NCBI GenBank assembly: GCA_964016885.1
Contig: OZ024741.1
Coordinates: forward strand, 355,570,001 to 355,634,000
DNA: 64,000 nucleotides
DNA from: Eledone cirrhosa
Lineage: Eukaryota
Direction of reading: 5' to 3'
Shown here piece by piece: positions 38,590-53,038 of the stretch. A model generated the notes under the pieces. That model worked only from the letters and a program-made list of their open reading frames with translations, was not told where the DNA came from and did no database searches. Every line of letters begins with the position of its first letter. Position 1 is the stretch's first letter. The translations under genes and the position numbers were made by a program.

Positions 38590-38785
38590 AATAACAATAA
38601 TTGTAATAAATAGCCTATCTCGGTTTCCTTGGCGGGAAGTGACTGAGAGTACAAGACTACTCCCTGGACAGGATGCCAGTCCATCGCAGGGTTAAATCCA
38701 CAGCTATTGCTGGTACTCATTTTCAGTTGAGTATACTGGAGCAATGTGAAATGAAGTGTTTTGCTCAAGAAGCACAACACACAAT
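38590..38785 (-). mobile_element. SINE fragment with CORE-like and V-like domains
   Basis: cttgagcaaaacacttcatttcac... followed by ccctgcgatggactggcatcctgtccaggg. Confidence 0.55.
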
Positions 38786-39229
38786 CTAATCTAATCTAAT
38801 CTAATCTGGCCGAGTTTACACTCGCAAATAAGAAGAACCAGAGCCGCCCCAGGAGCATTGGATTTAGTGTACTTCATATTTGTTTCAGTTGCTGAATACA
38901 ATCAGGGGTCGCTGCTTCTCCTGAAAGTCAATAGTTCTCTTCTAACTCAAGCAGGAGTGCCTTTCCATTGTCAATTTGCATTGATCATCTGCAAAGCCGC
39001 ATTGTTCTCAGAACCACTACACCAGTCTTTTGATGTGTGCAGCTGGAACTACTGCCACCCATTGATTTGGAAACACACAACGCAGTTCAGAAATTGAATC
39101 CACCACATTATGATCATAAATCCAACACCCTTACCACTAGGCCATACACCTCCACTCTACTGGTTAGACCTGTTCAGGGTGGTACATGTTTGCACCTCCC
39201 CTACCAGGGTAGGGGAGGCACACATGCCA

Positions 39230-41165
39230 CCCCAAACATATCCATCCATGAAAACCTCCACCTCATGCAATACATCATAGAGAAGGTGGCTAAGAAATCT
39301 GAGACAGGTGGGGCCCTGATCAACTTATATCAATCGAAAGCTTTTCATAGGGTCAACCATTATTACCTGGTGGCAGTCCTCAAGGCAGCTGGTTTTAGAC
39401 CTGTTTTCAGAGGATAGATCACTGCTATGCACAACGACATCTGCTCTGAAGTTAGAGCAAAAGGTTACCTTTTGGAACCAAACCATTCAACATTATGCAC
39501 CCCGTCCACCAAGGTTGTTCCCTTCTTTTGTATTGACTCTCAAACCATTACTATACAAATTGGAGATGTTGAGGGGCATCCATCACAAACTAAGATGTGG
39601 GAGATTCGGATTAGCATATGCCAACGAAGTCACTGTCGTAGTGTCAAACACCAAACACACTGTGGTGATTGACACTGCTCTCAGGGAGTACAAAGTAGTT
39701 ACAGAAGCGAAAATTAACCAGGAAAAGTTGATGGGCTTGCAGCAGGTCCATGCTGTCAATCAACATCGTCAAGCACTGGATGGACAGACTGGTTAAAATG
39801 CTAGTGGTCTGGTTTGGACTGGACCTCTAGATGGACAAAAACTGGAATGAGATAATGAGCAGAGTGGCCTCTCTCACCCAGAAATTGGCCAAGAGGAAGC
39901 TATCCCTGAAAGGTTGGGCAGAGGTAGCAAGTGCATACACCATGTCCATAACTTACTACTGCCTTATCATCATGCTTTGTCCTGGTCCATGTCTGACTGA
40001 ACTGAAGCTGTTACTCTTTTACTTTTTGTGGAAGGGACAGGTTCCACTGGTTAGGTGGTCCATTTGCTGTCAAGATCTGCTGTATGGAGGACTGGGCGTG
40101 CTATGGCTGATAATGGGCAATCATGCACTGTGGCTATGACATCTCCAAATTTTCCTTGATAGTGAGCAGGCATGGTTGCTGAACTTGTTTTTCCTCAGCT
40201 CGCCTCCTTGATGGAACTGCAGTCATGGGTCAAGCGAAGGCCAACAGCGAGACTAGAATGACTTCAAGAGTTCACAGCCCTCTGCCAATCTAGCAGTGTG
40301 ATTGGTGGAGACTCCACCTTGACATTCTATTGAGAGTTAGTGGAGGGTAAAAGTGATGACATTCTTGGGGAGCTCCTGAGCATCAATGATAATCAACTAG
40401 CCAATCTTTTCCAGAGAACTTTTGATCCAGGACCTATGGATAATTTCCAGAAATTCCTGACATGGCAGTGCTACCAGGGAGCATTGCTAGTTCAAGATAA
40501 ATTCTACAGGTATGGAAGTGCCATCAACCAGACTTGTCTAAGATGTGTGTAGTGTGACAAAACCATCCTTCACACACTTGTCAAGTGTCCGAGCATTGCT
40601 GACTTGTGGGCTTATGTACTGTCACATGTAAGATGGTTCTGGTTATCAGCTGAGTCTACCATGAAGATTTCCCTGCTACCTTCCTTTAGCCGGAAAGAGC
40701 AGGAAGTTTTTATCTGCCGGGTGGCTGTGGCAAAAGAGGTTGTGAGGTGGACACATCTGAAAGGGTTGAAACCAAAGCCCTGATCAACTTTTTCAGGTTT
40801 CATTTGAAGAGGAAAATCAGGGTGGAGAAGGAAGTGCTGTATTCCAAGCAGTTTGTTGAAAGATAGCCCTAGTGAATGAGTCTGCTCTAAGTGTGCACCT
40901 GTAGATTGGAGGAGGACAACTGGGTGAGGGCACTTGACTTAGTGGTAAAAGTGACCATGGCTTTTTGTGAGCTTTCTCCATGTGTGACATTCGGAAGTCC
41001 CACCTATTGGGGAATTTATTTTGTTTGAATTTTTACATGTTTTTCCTTGTTTTTGTTAAAAACTTTTTACATACCAGAACCCACACTGTACTGTCCTGTG
41101 CTGTTCTTAATGTTTTCTTAATGTGAGCCCTGTGTGGCTCATAAAGAAACCCTTATTATTATAAT
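39230..41165 (+). mobile_element. Degenerate Tx1/L1-clade LINE
   Basis: SIHENLHLMQYII, INLYQSKAFHRVNH, LSLKGWAEV, FLWKG and a C-terminal CLRC. Many stops. aataaa-like end. Confidence 0.75.
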
Positions 41166-41628
41166 TATTTGAAACTTCCATATTTTGCCAAGTGTTAAGC
41201 TGACACCTCAAACAAAATTTGGTAATAAACACATAAAATCAGAAATTATTATTATTATTATGGAGAAATTCATATCTTGAGTTAAAAATTAGTAATTTGG
41301 CCACCACCCAGCTATCCTATCATTCAACAACACCACCACCTCCACCCGCCACTACGACCACACTAAAAATAAAGACATCAACGAAACAACCGTTATTGTC
41401 ACCACTAAAACAACCATCATGGCCATGACTGTCGCTGACTTGGTCTGTGACACCCTAACAAACCTTGCTAGCAGGGACCCCCAGACCCCATTGTAAATGA
41501 TGCTACTGATGATATAGGCTTAGGTGGAATTGACACTATGGTAAAAGAGACCCCCCCCCCCTCCTCCCCACGCTGCCACTGCTACAGCTACCCCACAAAC
41601 ACCACCAATACAACCAAAAAGATCTTAC

Positions 41629-41664
41629 CTGTGTTAAAAGTAGAAAATAAGTCCCTGTACCCAT
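41629..41664 (-). CDS. First coding exon of the DSL gene (start of signal peptide)
   Basis: ATG GGT...MGTGTYFLLLTQ|gtaaga, phase 0. Continues into FVFIFGNS to form a hydrophobic signal peptide. In-frame stop upstream; acceptor at ~41710. Confidence 0.65.
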
Positions 41665-41734
41665 GTTTTCCTTAAAGTGTCTCTCTAGGTATGACTCTTA
41701 CTGACCATTCTGCTGTTGAATGATGGGATAGCTG

Positions 41735-42310
41735 GGTGGCAGTGGTGGTGGGGTTGATGGTGGTAGTTGTGGTGGTGGTGTTTGTGGTGGGTGTAGCAGT
41801 AGTAGTGGTGGTGGTGGTGATGGGGTTTGATGGTGGTAGTTGTGGTGGGTGTAGCAGTAGTAGTGGTAGTTGTAGTGGCAGTGGCAGTTGTTGTGGTAGT
41901 AGTAGTGGTGGTGATAGGGATGATTGGGGTGTTGGTGGTAGTGATGATTGGGGTGTTGATAATACTTACAGTGATGGTGGCAGGGATGGCAGTTATGGTA
42001 GTAATTGCATGGTGGTGGTGGTTGTAGTGGTGGTAGTGGTTTTAGTGGCAGTAGTAGTAGTGGTGGTGGTGGTGGTGGTGATGGTGGTGGGAGTGGTGTT
42101 GGTGGTTGTAGTAGTGGTGGTGATAGGGATGTTTGGGGTGTTGGTGGTAGTGGTAGTGGTTTCAGTGGCAGTAGTAGTAGTAGAAGTAGTAGTAGTAGTT
42201 GTACTAGTAGTAGTAGTAGTGGTGGTGGTGGTGGTGGTGGTGGTGGTGGTGGTGGTAGTAGTAGTAGTAGCAGCAGCAGCAGCAGCAGTGGGGGTAGGGT
42301 AGTAGTAGTT
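41735..42310. repeat. (GGT/AGT)n trinucleotide tract
   Basis: Low-complexity tract; similar tracts at 37500-37990 and 47750-48075. Confidence 0.9.
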
Positions 42311-42642
42311 GGTATTAGACAAACTGTGCTTTGAACAAGGAGGTAAATAAAGAGGTTGGGTGTAGTGCTATTGGAAGACTTAGAAAGAGAAGGACAGGTG
42401 TGTGCATGTGTGTATGTGTGTGTTTATATGTGTGTATAGATATGTGGGGCAATGAAGAGGGTGGAGCACTGGACTTTCTGGTGGTGTAGGTGGTGTAAGT
42501 GGTTTGGTGTTTGAATAAGTTTGCTTTCCTCTGAATTACGCACACCCAACCTGTTTCAAGGTGGTCAAAATTTCAAGAAGGGGGAGAGAGGAATTCTGGA
42601 TGTGTAATGTCTTTGTATATATACATATGTTACATACATATA

Positions 42643-42721
<79 letters not shown>

Positions 42722-42760
42722 GTATATATATATATATATATGTATGTATATATTTATATA

Positions 42761-42862
<102 letters not shown>

Positions 42863-42891
42863 TGTATATATATATAAATACAGGTATATAT

Positions 42892-44904
42892 ATATGAAGA
42901 CGGGTAAGGCGGCTGGGCCTTCGGAAATAGTTGCCGAGATGCTGAAGGCATCTGGTACGGTGGGACACACCATGGTCACCCGGATAGTTAACCAAGTCGT
43001 ACAGAATGGGGTTGTTCCGAAGGACTGGCGTAGCAGCATCATCGTTAACTGTTATAAGGGTAAAGGAGATGCCCTAGATAGGAGTAACTATAGAGGCATT
43101 AAATTAATCGACCAGGTCATGAAGGTCACGGAAAAAGTAATAGCGCAACTAATCAGAGAGAGAATTGATCTAGAATCTAGATCAATTCTAGATGAAATGC
43201 AGTTCGGGTTTGTGTCAGGCAAAAGTACCACAGACGCTCTTTTCATTGTACGACAACTACAGGAGAAGTACCTAGCTAAAAGTAAACCCCTCTACTTAGC
43301 TTTTGTCGACTTGGAGAAAGCCTTCGACAGAGTCCCCCGTTCCATTATCTGGTGGGCTCTTAGAAAACTATGTGTTGACGAATGGCTTGTGAGAGCTATA
43401 CAAGCCATGTATAAAGAAACAGTCAGCAAGGTTACAATTAACAACGAATATAGTGAAGAGTTTAGCGTAAAAGTTGGCGTCCATCAGGGCTCTGTTCTCA
43501 GCCCCCTACTATTTATTATTGCCCTTCAGGCTATAACAGAGGAGTTCAAGACCGGTTGTTCATGGGAACTCCTATACGCAGATGACCTAACACTCATAGC
43601 TGAATCAATGGCCGAGCTAGAGAAGAAATTTCAAACATGGAAGCACGGCCTAGAATCAAAAGGCCTTAAAATTAACCTGGCTAAGACTAAAGTTCTAGTT
43701 TGTAAGAAAGAAAATAAGGCGGCGGTCCCTTCCGAGAAGTGGCCATGCTCAGTGTGTAGGAAAGGCGTAGGTAGAAACTCCATTTTGTGTCCCAAATGCA
43801 AAGTATGGGTGCATAAAAGATGTAGTGGGATCACAGGTAAGCTAACTAAGAACATAGACTTTACATGTGGCCGGTGCTCTGGTGCAATAAGTAGCAGCAA
43901 GTGCCCACAAAATACTAGCTCTTTCAACTGCGCAGAGGGTTCTATAGAAATAGTGGACAGCTTCCGTTACCTGGGTGACAAAATCAGCAGTGGGAGAGGG
44001 TGCTCTGAAAGTAAAGTAGCTAGAGTCAGAACTGGATGGAAAAAGTTCAGAGAGCTTATACCACTATTAGCCACTAAAGGGTTCTCCCTAAAAATGAAAG
44101 GCAGGTTGTACGATGCCTGCATACGAACAGCAATGTTGCATGGCAGTGAGACCTGGGCATTGTGTGCAGAGGATATACGCAGACTAGAGAGAAACGAAGC
44201 TTGCATGCTCCGCTGGATGTGTAATAGTAATATACGTGAACGGCAAAGCATAAACGAACTAAGGAAAAAATTAGAAATAAGAGGGATCAGATGTTGTTTA
44301 CTCGAGAGAAGGCTACGTTGGTATGGTCACGTGATGCGCATGAAGGACGATAGCTGTATAACAAAGTGCAGGGCAATAAAGATAGACGGTAGCCACGGAA
44401 TAGGCAGACCCAGAAAAACCTGGGACGAGCTGATAAATTCCGACCTCACACACTTACACCTCACCAAGACAATGTCACTGGACCGAGACCTTTGGCGGTA
44501 CTCAGTAATAGAGAAGACCCGCCTTACCTAAATACAAAGTAAAACCTACTACAGTCAGTAGGCATCTCTAACAAAATACACCCCCGTCCCACCACCCCCA
44601 CCCCATCCACACCGCCCCCTTTCAATGTAAAGTTATGTTGGTGCCACAACATCCAGGCCGAAACAAATGAGATCGTGTAGGTGTCACGTCAAAAAAACAC
44701 ACAGTTCACGCTGTAATGTGGCCGTGTAGGCAACACGGTAAAAACCTCCCAGCCCCACACTGTAAATGTGGTTGGTGTTAGGAAGGGCATCCAGCTGTAG
44801 AAAACCCGCCAGATAGTCCTATGCGAGCAAGATAATCACTCTTGCCTCAAGTGGGAAAACCCCCGTCCAAACCCATGCAAGCGTGGAACACGGACGTTAA
44901 ACGT

Positions 44905-44935
<31 letters not shown>
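42892..44935 (+). mobile_element. RTE LINE 3' half with open RT frame, inserted in (TA)n
   Basis: MKTGKAAGP...WELLYADD...EKTRLT*, followed by the 3' UTR and (GAT)n tail. Confidence 0.93.
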
Positions 44936-46229
44936 ATATATACATATATGTATACATATATGTATGTATATATATATATATGTGTGTGTTTTAATGTATA
45001 AAGAAAATTAATTGACGCAAAATGGTACCACTTAAAATAAAATTTCACCGGAGTTAGATTAGCAAAATTTGATGAACAAAATTTAATAAACAGAAACACC
45101 AAAGCAAACAACACAGTACAGTGAAGAAATATATTACTTTAATACTTGATATACTAGGAAAAGAATCTTTAAGTTTCGGACATTAGTCCTTCATCAAAAT
45201 GAGAAATAAAAGATGAAATAGAAACATAGAGAAAAAGGAACAGAAAAAAATCTTTGAGAAAAAGTATGTGTATTCAGTCAGCCATTTATATGGCTATATA
45301 TATAGATATATGTATTTATTTATGTAGTACGTATATATAAGTTAAGTTCTCAGAATGTCTTATTGTGTGTATATAGAGATATGTAATTTTATGATATGAT
45401 TATATGGTTGTGTTGTTCAAACATCTCTATTGCAACCATGTGGTCTTGGATTTTATCCTAATGTGTGACAACCTGGGCAACTTTTTCTTACTATATCTCT
45501 GGGAAAACCAAGGTCTTATGTGTGAATTTGGTGGACTGAAACTGTATGGAATCCCATTATATCTATTGTATGTGTATATTTGTGTTTCTGTATGTTTGTG
45601 TGTGTGTGCCTGTATGTCTGTTTGTATGTATATATGTGTGTGTGTCTGAATGTGTGTGTGTGTATATGTGCATGCATGTGTATATGTATTTTTGTGTGTG
45701 TATATGTTTATGTAAGTGTGTATGTTTGTGGATGTGTGCTTGTGAGTGCACGCATGTGCATGCATGTCTGTATGTTTGTGTATGTATGTATGTGTGTGTG
45801 TGTGCATGCATGTCTGTATGCTTGTATGTGTATGCATGTATATGTGTGTGTGTGTATGCGCATGCACGCACACCTGTATCCGTTTATCTTCTCTTCCCAT
45901 TCAATATCATAGATATTTGTTTATGTTCCACATAACCAGAAATCCCACTTGTCAGCAGTTAGACATATGAAGATCAATACTTTATTTAACACAAGTGAAG
46001 ATTGATACCAAGAAGGGTATCAGACCATACCGTTCTCTTCATCAAGACTCCTCCAGCTAAGAATTGCTGATGTTCTTGCTAATTTTGTGTACATGTGCTA
46101 AGTGTTTTTTATATTGTTTGTTTTGAGTGAAAGGAGTAATGTTTTTAGTGTTAGAGATGTATAATAAGACTCTTGTGTGTATTAATTTCAACTCTTCTAA
46201 TTAATAATTGTATTGTTTCTTTCCAGGTA

Positions 46230-47376
46230 AACTGACATCTGGTTGTTAAAAGAAGACTTCAAAAGAAACTAGTAGTAACTTATCTTGAAAATGGACAAGA
46301 TTTGGCATGGTGGTGTTATCAAGTACCTGCATAAAAAGGATCTAGTCTCCAAGGGCATTGATGCTGACATGATAGCTATATTAGGGGAAGACACTCCAGA
46401 TTTATCAATAGTGCAAAAGTGGGTAGCTGAATTTAAGAGGGGAAGGGAGAGTCCAGAAGATGACCCAAGGTCTGGACATCCTGCAACTGCCACTACCATA
46501 TAGGAAAACATTGATTGTGTTCACTGTGTGATGATGGATGACTATAAATTAAATAGCCAATGCTATTAGTATATCCTGTGTGAGAGTTGAGAATATTCTA
46601 CACATTGAACTTGGTATGATGAAGGTTTCTGCTTGGTGGTTGCCATGTTTTCTGACATCTGATCAAAAATGCACCAAGCTGATCACATCATGAGAAAATT
46701 TGATATTATTTGAAGCAGATCCAGCTGGTTTCTTTGAATGTTTCCTAACCCAGGATGATTGTTGGGTTCATCACTTTGAGTCAACGACAAAGAGACAATC
46801 CATGCAGTAGAAACATCCTTTCTCACCAGCTTGAAAGAAGGCCAAGGGTAGTTAGTTGACAGGGAAGGTGATGGTCTCAATAAACACAATGCCTTTTGGG
46901 ATGCAAAAGGCATTGTGTTTATTGAATATCTTAAAAAGAGCCACATTATCAATGAAGACCACTATGCTAAGTTGCTGAGGCAGTTATGAAAGGTTATCAT
47001 GACCAAATGCCCAGTAAAATTGACAAAAGTGGTCTTGTTTCATTAGGACACTGCTCCAGCACACAAGTCCTTAGTTTCAGTGGCTTTGAACTGGTTGATC
47101 ACCTTCCCCATACTCCTGATTTGGCCCCATCTGACTATCAGCTATTCCCCAACATGAAAAAACACTTAGCTCAGAACCAGTATTGCAGTGATGATGACAT
47201 CATATCTACTATTGATGACTTTTTGACCAACAGGATGAAAGCTTCTTCACCAATGGGATCCAAGCACAACAACTGTCTGGACTGCAAGGGGGACTATGTT
47301 GAAAAATAAACCTCCTTTGGTCACATTCCATGAGAGTATCTTGGTCAGCCTATGAAATTTTCAGCCAACACTTGTA
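46230..47376 (+). mobile_element. Degenerate mariner transposase relic
   Basis: WVAEFKRGRES.EDDPRSGHP, HLPHTPDLAPSDYQLFP (YSPDLAPSD motif) and GDYVEK*. TIR-like right end. Confidence 0.85.
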
Positions 47377-48871
47377 CATGTAGCGTAAATGATGTGCTTA
47401 CAGGTAACAGAATGGATTGAAAGAACTAAAACTAAAACTTGAGATGAATAGTTCCTGTCTCAAAATTGTAGGCCTATGCTAACTGGCTTGATCAAGGGTG
47501 TTGATCAAAATATTGATCAAAGGGTGTTCAAGTCATGACCATCCTGTCTTTTTTTACCATTTAAAAAAAAACAATAGTGTACTTTAGGACTACATTATTG
47601 AATGAGTCCTATTTTAAGATGATGGGGTGTGGTTTGAAGGAGATATGACTGCTATTTCTGGTAATGCTGCTGTTGTTGCTTTGATATTTTTGTTATTGTT
47701 GATGGGCGAGCTTTTCTTTTGACACCCAGCAAAGTAAACAGTATAAGAGTACACCACACCAACCACCACACTGCATACAATTACCACTACCACTACCACC
47801 ACCACCACCACCACCACCACCAATAACAACAATAACACTTTCGCCCCCACCACCTTCAACAACTTTCACCATCACCACCAACAACAACACTATTACTTTC
47901 ACAACCACCACTGACGCCACCACCACCACTACCACCGCCGCCACCACTAACAACAATAACACTACCACTTTCATCATCACCAAAACTACTTTCACCACAA
48001 CCAACAACAACTCCATCACTACCACTGCTACCAACACAATCACCACTACCAACAATAATAACACAACCACCACCATAGTGTGTGTCATAGTATGTGACAG
48101 GGCTGGCCCTTTGATTTACAAGTATATTCTATCCCACAAGCTTCCAAATAGTTTGTCTTCCCAGTTTTACTCACAAGGTTTGGGTTGATCCAAGGCTATG
48201 GTAAATGTCTATGATGTCACAAAGTGTACAACAGCTACAACAACACTTTCTTCTCTCCTACTTCCAACAACAACAACAACAACTACTACTACTACTACTA
48301 CAACCTACTTTATTATACTTATCAGGGGGGGGGGCATGGGGCCGTGGCCCCTCCCCCCCATATAATTACATATTTCTCTCCAAGCTACCAAAACACACAT
48401 CTATTGGTATAAGCGCTACAATTTATGTATATCTTGGTTGATATTTGATAATAACAGCTAAACCGGACTTAAGCAGTGGTGTAGCTAGTGTTAGTGACGC
48501 CAGGAGCAGTCTTTTACTTCACAGCCCCACCTCAAAACACAACCCAAGTCACATTAAAAATGTCACACCAATCAGACAGCCCATGTCACCCCTCTTAACT
48601 TCACTAATTGACTGAAATAAGTACTGGGGTTGATATGATTGAGTAATACATTTGAAGATGGAACCCCAGCATAGCCGCAGTTCAGTGAATAATAGGAGAA
48701 TGAAAGAATAGCGTTACAAAAAAAAAAAAAAAAAAAAAATGTTGTTGTTTAGCCACAAGTCAATCCACGCCATATGCCCTTAATTCCTGATGTAAACCTA
48801 GAAGTGCTATAATGGTATAGGGCTTGCCCAATCCTTTCCAGGTTGAACACAGCCGATTTCATACAGAGAGA

Positions 48872-48914
<43 letters not shown>

Positions 48915-49189
48915 GAAAAATCAACCTCACTACTGGATTGCTACTTTATCTGGTTGGCAGTATCGATAAAGAGGCGGACGTCATGCTTTGCAGTATAGAG
49001 TTACGCCCCTTTACGGTCTGAGTTCAAATCCCGCCGAGGTTAACTTTACCTTTCGTCTTTACGGGGTCGATAAAACAAAGCACCAGTAATGCACAGGGAT
49101 AATTGCTGGCTTTGTGCCAAAATTAGACAATTATTATAGCACACCCCATTCGATTTCAGTGATTGAAAAAAGAACATTTCCTCGCTTTA

Positions 49190-49895
49190 TTTTTTCCCCC
49201 GTGTGCTATCAGCTAATTTGACATTCAAGATTCTGGTAATCAACTTTTTTCCCAGAGAACGGAGAGGGGTGGGTGGGTTCCCACTCCTCGGATAACTCCT
49301 CCCTTTCCTCGAACTTTTCACTACGATGTTTTTTTTTTGCGTGTTATCAACGAATAGGACCCACAAACCAGTCGGAAACGACTAGATTTGTAGAGTGAAA
49401 GGGGGCGAAAAGACTATCGGAGTTTCGCAGATCGATACACCTTTACGTTTGGTGGGAAATAATTATCTTTCCTCGGTTTTTTTCTGGACCCCTTAGATGC
49501 TTGCAATATACTTTTTTCCCGGGTTAGGTTCAGGGATAGGGTTTCTGTTTTCCGGAAAATAAGTCGATTGCAAGCATCAAAGAGGTCCAGAACCCCACCC
49601 ACCCCGAAAAAGCAAGAAAAGATAATTATTTGCCACCAAACGCAAGATGTGTGTAGATCTGCGAAACTCCGATGTCTTTTCGCCCTATTTCACCTTACAT
49701 TTTCTACAAATCTAATTTTTCTGACTGGTTTGGAGGTTATATTCGTTGATAACACGCACCCACGGCGGAAGAATAAAGTAAGAGAAAATTCCGAGGAGAA
49801 GGAGGAGGGGGGCAACTTCCTCCGTTCTCCGAGAAAAAAGTCGATTGCCAGAATCTTGGAGGTTAGATTAGTTGATAGCACACGAAAAAATGTTT
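49190..49895. mobile_element. Large degenerate fold-back element (about 330-bp inverted arms), MITE-like
   Basis: gtgtgctatcagctaat..caagattctgg / ccagaatcttg..ttagttgatagcacac. Short central loop gttaggttcagggatagggttt. Confidence 0.75.
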
Positions 49896-50737
49896 TCCCC
49901 ACAGAAATCGATTGGGGTTTTCTATAAATTTACCCTTTATTTATCATTAGAGAGGTTGCCCGGTACTCCTCGTCACGTTGCTGTCTTTTGCTCTAGTGTT
50001 GGCCCGGTTGTTCACTCCTTCCTTTACATTTTCTTTAATATTGTAACATTAAAAGAATCGCGAGCAATTTATAATGTTATCTAAGCATTTGTAATGTTAT
50101 TTATGTATATATTTAAAACATATTTGTTGTTATTCTACTATATGCTCTGTATATATTCGTTTTCACATTTCACAGCTCCTATTTACTTCTGTATATAATT
50201 GTTTCTACTTTTGGTACAAGGCCAGTACATTACTGGTACTTTATTTTATCGACCCCGTAAGGATGAAAGGCAAAGTTAACCTCGGCGGGATTTGAACTCA
50301 GTTCGTAAAGGGACGTAACTGTGCTGCAAAGCATGGCGGCGTCTGACCCTCTACAGATACTGTCAATCCACATAAGCACTAAATTTATCAACCTCGAAAG
50401 GATTCGAACTCAGCATTCTATCCAACTCGCTACCTTACAATTTCAGAAGTCCTATGATCAAATATGTGACGGTTACGATCAACCTATCTATTATTTAAGC
50501 AAATCAGGTTAAAAAAAAAAAGAGAAAGAGAGTTAATGTATTTGAAACAGATGGACGTTGCTTCATGTTGCAAGAGGACAGGGAGATGTGTCTATTTATG
50601 TATTTACTGGTGAAATCTAATCCAAGGGAAGTAACTTCTATTGAATATTTGCGAAACGAGGATGTCAAATATAAAAGGAAATTATTTTGATGATAAACCG
50701 CAAGAATAGGGGAGTTAATATTTTCATGTTGTTAAAA

Positions 50738-50780
50738 TTTCGCGCCATTTACGAAGTGGTAGAGGTATATCTTTTGTGAG
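50738..50780 (+). promoter_or_regulatory. E2F-like site (TTTCGCGC) and putative end of the POLD1 non-coding first exon
   Basis: TTTCGCGCC at 50738 and a strong donor GAG|gtaagt at 50780/50781. The ATG-containing exon has an acceptor at 53720. Confidence 0.5.
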
Positions 50781-51823
50781 GTAAGTAAATTTATCAGATT
50801 TCTTTTTCTTTCGTGTATTTATCCTTAATAATTTATTTGCATTCACACAAGCTATTTAATATTGCAATTTAAATATAAACAATTGCACCGTATGTCAGAA
50901 ATGGCGTAGAAAATCTTTCTTTCAATATTTCGTGTTGCGAAGTTAGATAACTTTCTAGGGTATAAATATCGGTAAGTTATTTTTATTATTAAATCCGTCC
51001 CTGAGGCGTGTGTAATAGTAATTTATAATTTAATTTTAAGGGTAGTTAGTTGATAGGTTTGGTTAGAATTTTGAAGGTAAAATTTATGATTTTTAAAAAG
51101 CGTTGTGAACGAATATGGCCTTCAAAACCGTCGTAAATTACTCTTTTTCTGTGGTACCCCCAACCCGAGAACTCCATTATATCTGTATTGGAGACGATTG
51201 TATTAATAAATATTTACCAAAATATCTCGTCTAATTCACCGGATTCATTAGGGCTAGAGCCAAGATTTAATGTTAATGTCCTGTAATATATATAAACAAA
51301 TTTATGATGGAGAATCAAAGGCACTTATACGCATGAGAGTAGCATTAGAAATGAATAGAGTGAATTGGATGAGATATTTTCTTCAAATAAGATTTTATGC
51401 CAGTGATACACTCCATCCCTGAGCCCGGCCGCTTCTTTTTTGCATCGGTCGCCGTTGATGCCTCAGACGTTCCCGTACCCCGTAAGCCGAGAATCGGAAC
51501 GTCAGCACCTCGTCCGAGGAAGGAGTCTCCACGAGGTGAGGTGACTGTTGCAGCGGGCGTCGTTGGCTATTTTCCGCGGAAATGCTATTGCAATTTTGTC
51601 CGCGAAGCACATCCGAAACACCGTTCCGACTTATGTGCAGAGTCTATCACCCACTCCTCTTCCTACTTATCTACTTGCATCTGTTTTCTGCTTTCTTTCA
51701 TTGCCTGCTAATATTCTTAGTACATACTGTGTTGAATTAAATCTTTCTACCATACTCCTGAAGGACATATACCACACATGTGAGGATATATATACTATGC
51801 CAATAATTATTAATTATAATAGA

Positions 51824-53038
51824 CTAGCTGAATGACCCGGCGTTGCCCGGGTTATTGCTGTTCTTATTCAGATTAGTAAGCAATAAATATGAAGATATAT
51901 TTTTTCTCATAATTATTTCAAAATATCTATTTTATTAAAAAAATATCAAATTTGTAATGATAATAGAATTTAGAAATGAAAATCTGTCAATCCTGAAGCA
52001 CTTCAGGGTAAACAATATTCATTGTGTAATTTTTTGTTGGTGTCCAAATGAATAAATTGTTGCGGCTTCCAACTCGTGAGCAACTAACAGAATTGACCGT
52101 GGGAGAAACATGTAGTAGAGAGATCAAGTCCAACTACCTTGAGGGATTGACCCTGAGATTTGTTAATTGAAAGAACAAAACTTAGTTCGACTGGAAACAA
52201 GCTCCTTTAATTCAAATGGAACAGCTGTAGATATGAGTGTAATTTTTAGAATAAAGACATTTTTTTTTTCAATGTTGTAAACAAATAAGTACCAACATTC
52301 AAAAGAAATATGTTAATTATTACTTTTGTATGCAGTGTAAATTAAATCTTTCTACCATACTAAGCAAATTAACCAAATATAAGCAAATGTATTTATTAAC
52401 TGCTAATTTAACGGTATGAGAATATAAATATAAACAGACAGGCGCACATACACTCACATAAACATACACTTATAAAAAACACATACATTCATACAAACAT
52501 ACACAGTTTCACCCACGAACTCACACGCATAAACTCACACAAACAGACACTTATAAAAAACACACACAGACATACATTCATGCAAACACAGTTTCACCCC
52601 CAGCGTTTGTTATGTCAGTCGTCACAGAAATGTATGTATACTCACACACATATACTTGTCAGTCAGTACATGTGTAGATTTGTGTGTGTTTAATTCTCTG
52701 TGTATCTGATTAAATATTTACGTAAAGATATGTATATCTTCACGTAACTAAGGCTTAATGTACGTAACAAACACATAAACACACACACACTCACAAACAC
52801 ATACACACTCATATACAAAATGTGACATTGTCATTGTGTTAGAAAATGTCCGTTTATTATAGTTGACTATATTAGATTATTTTAGATAAAATGTTATATT
52901 GTTTTAATCCAAATGAAAATAAAAATTACATGTTAATCCCGGGGTCTAATACTATTACCATGTAAAATTTGATTTGATTGAACCATTTGAGAATGTATAA
53001 GGAAAAGACAGAGAGACAGAATTTCATATATAGAGAGA
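51824..53038 (-). mobile_element. Helitron with a PIF1-type helicase remnant
   Basis: 3' cccgggcaacgccggg..CTAG|T. About 52060-52260 translates to PFELK..FPV...[23 protein letters not shown]...SRVG. Confidence 0.8.

Noticed and set aside
41736-42334. Poly-Val, poly-Thr and Gly-Ser ORFs (mucin-like or transmembrane-like)
   Set aside because: Trinucleotide low-complexity tract with no splice or frame support.
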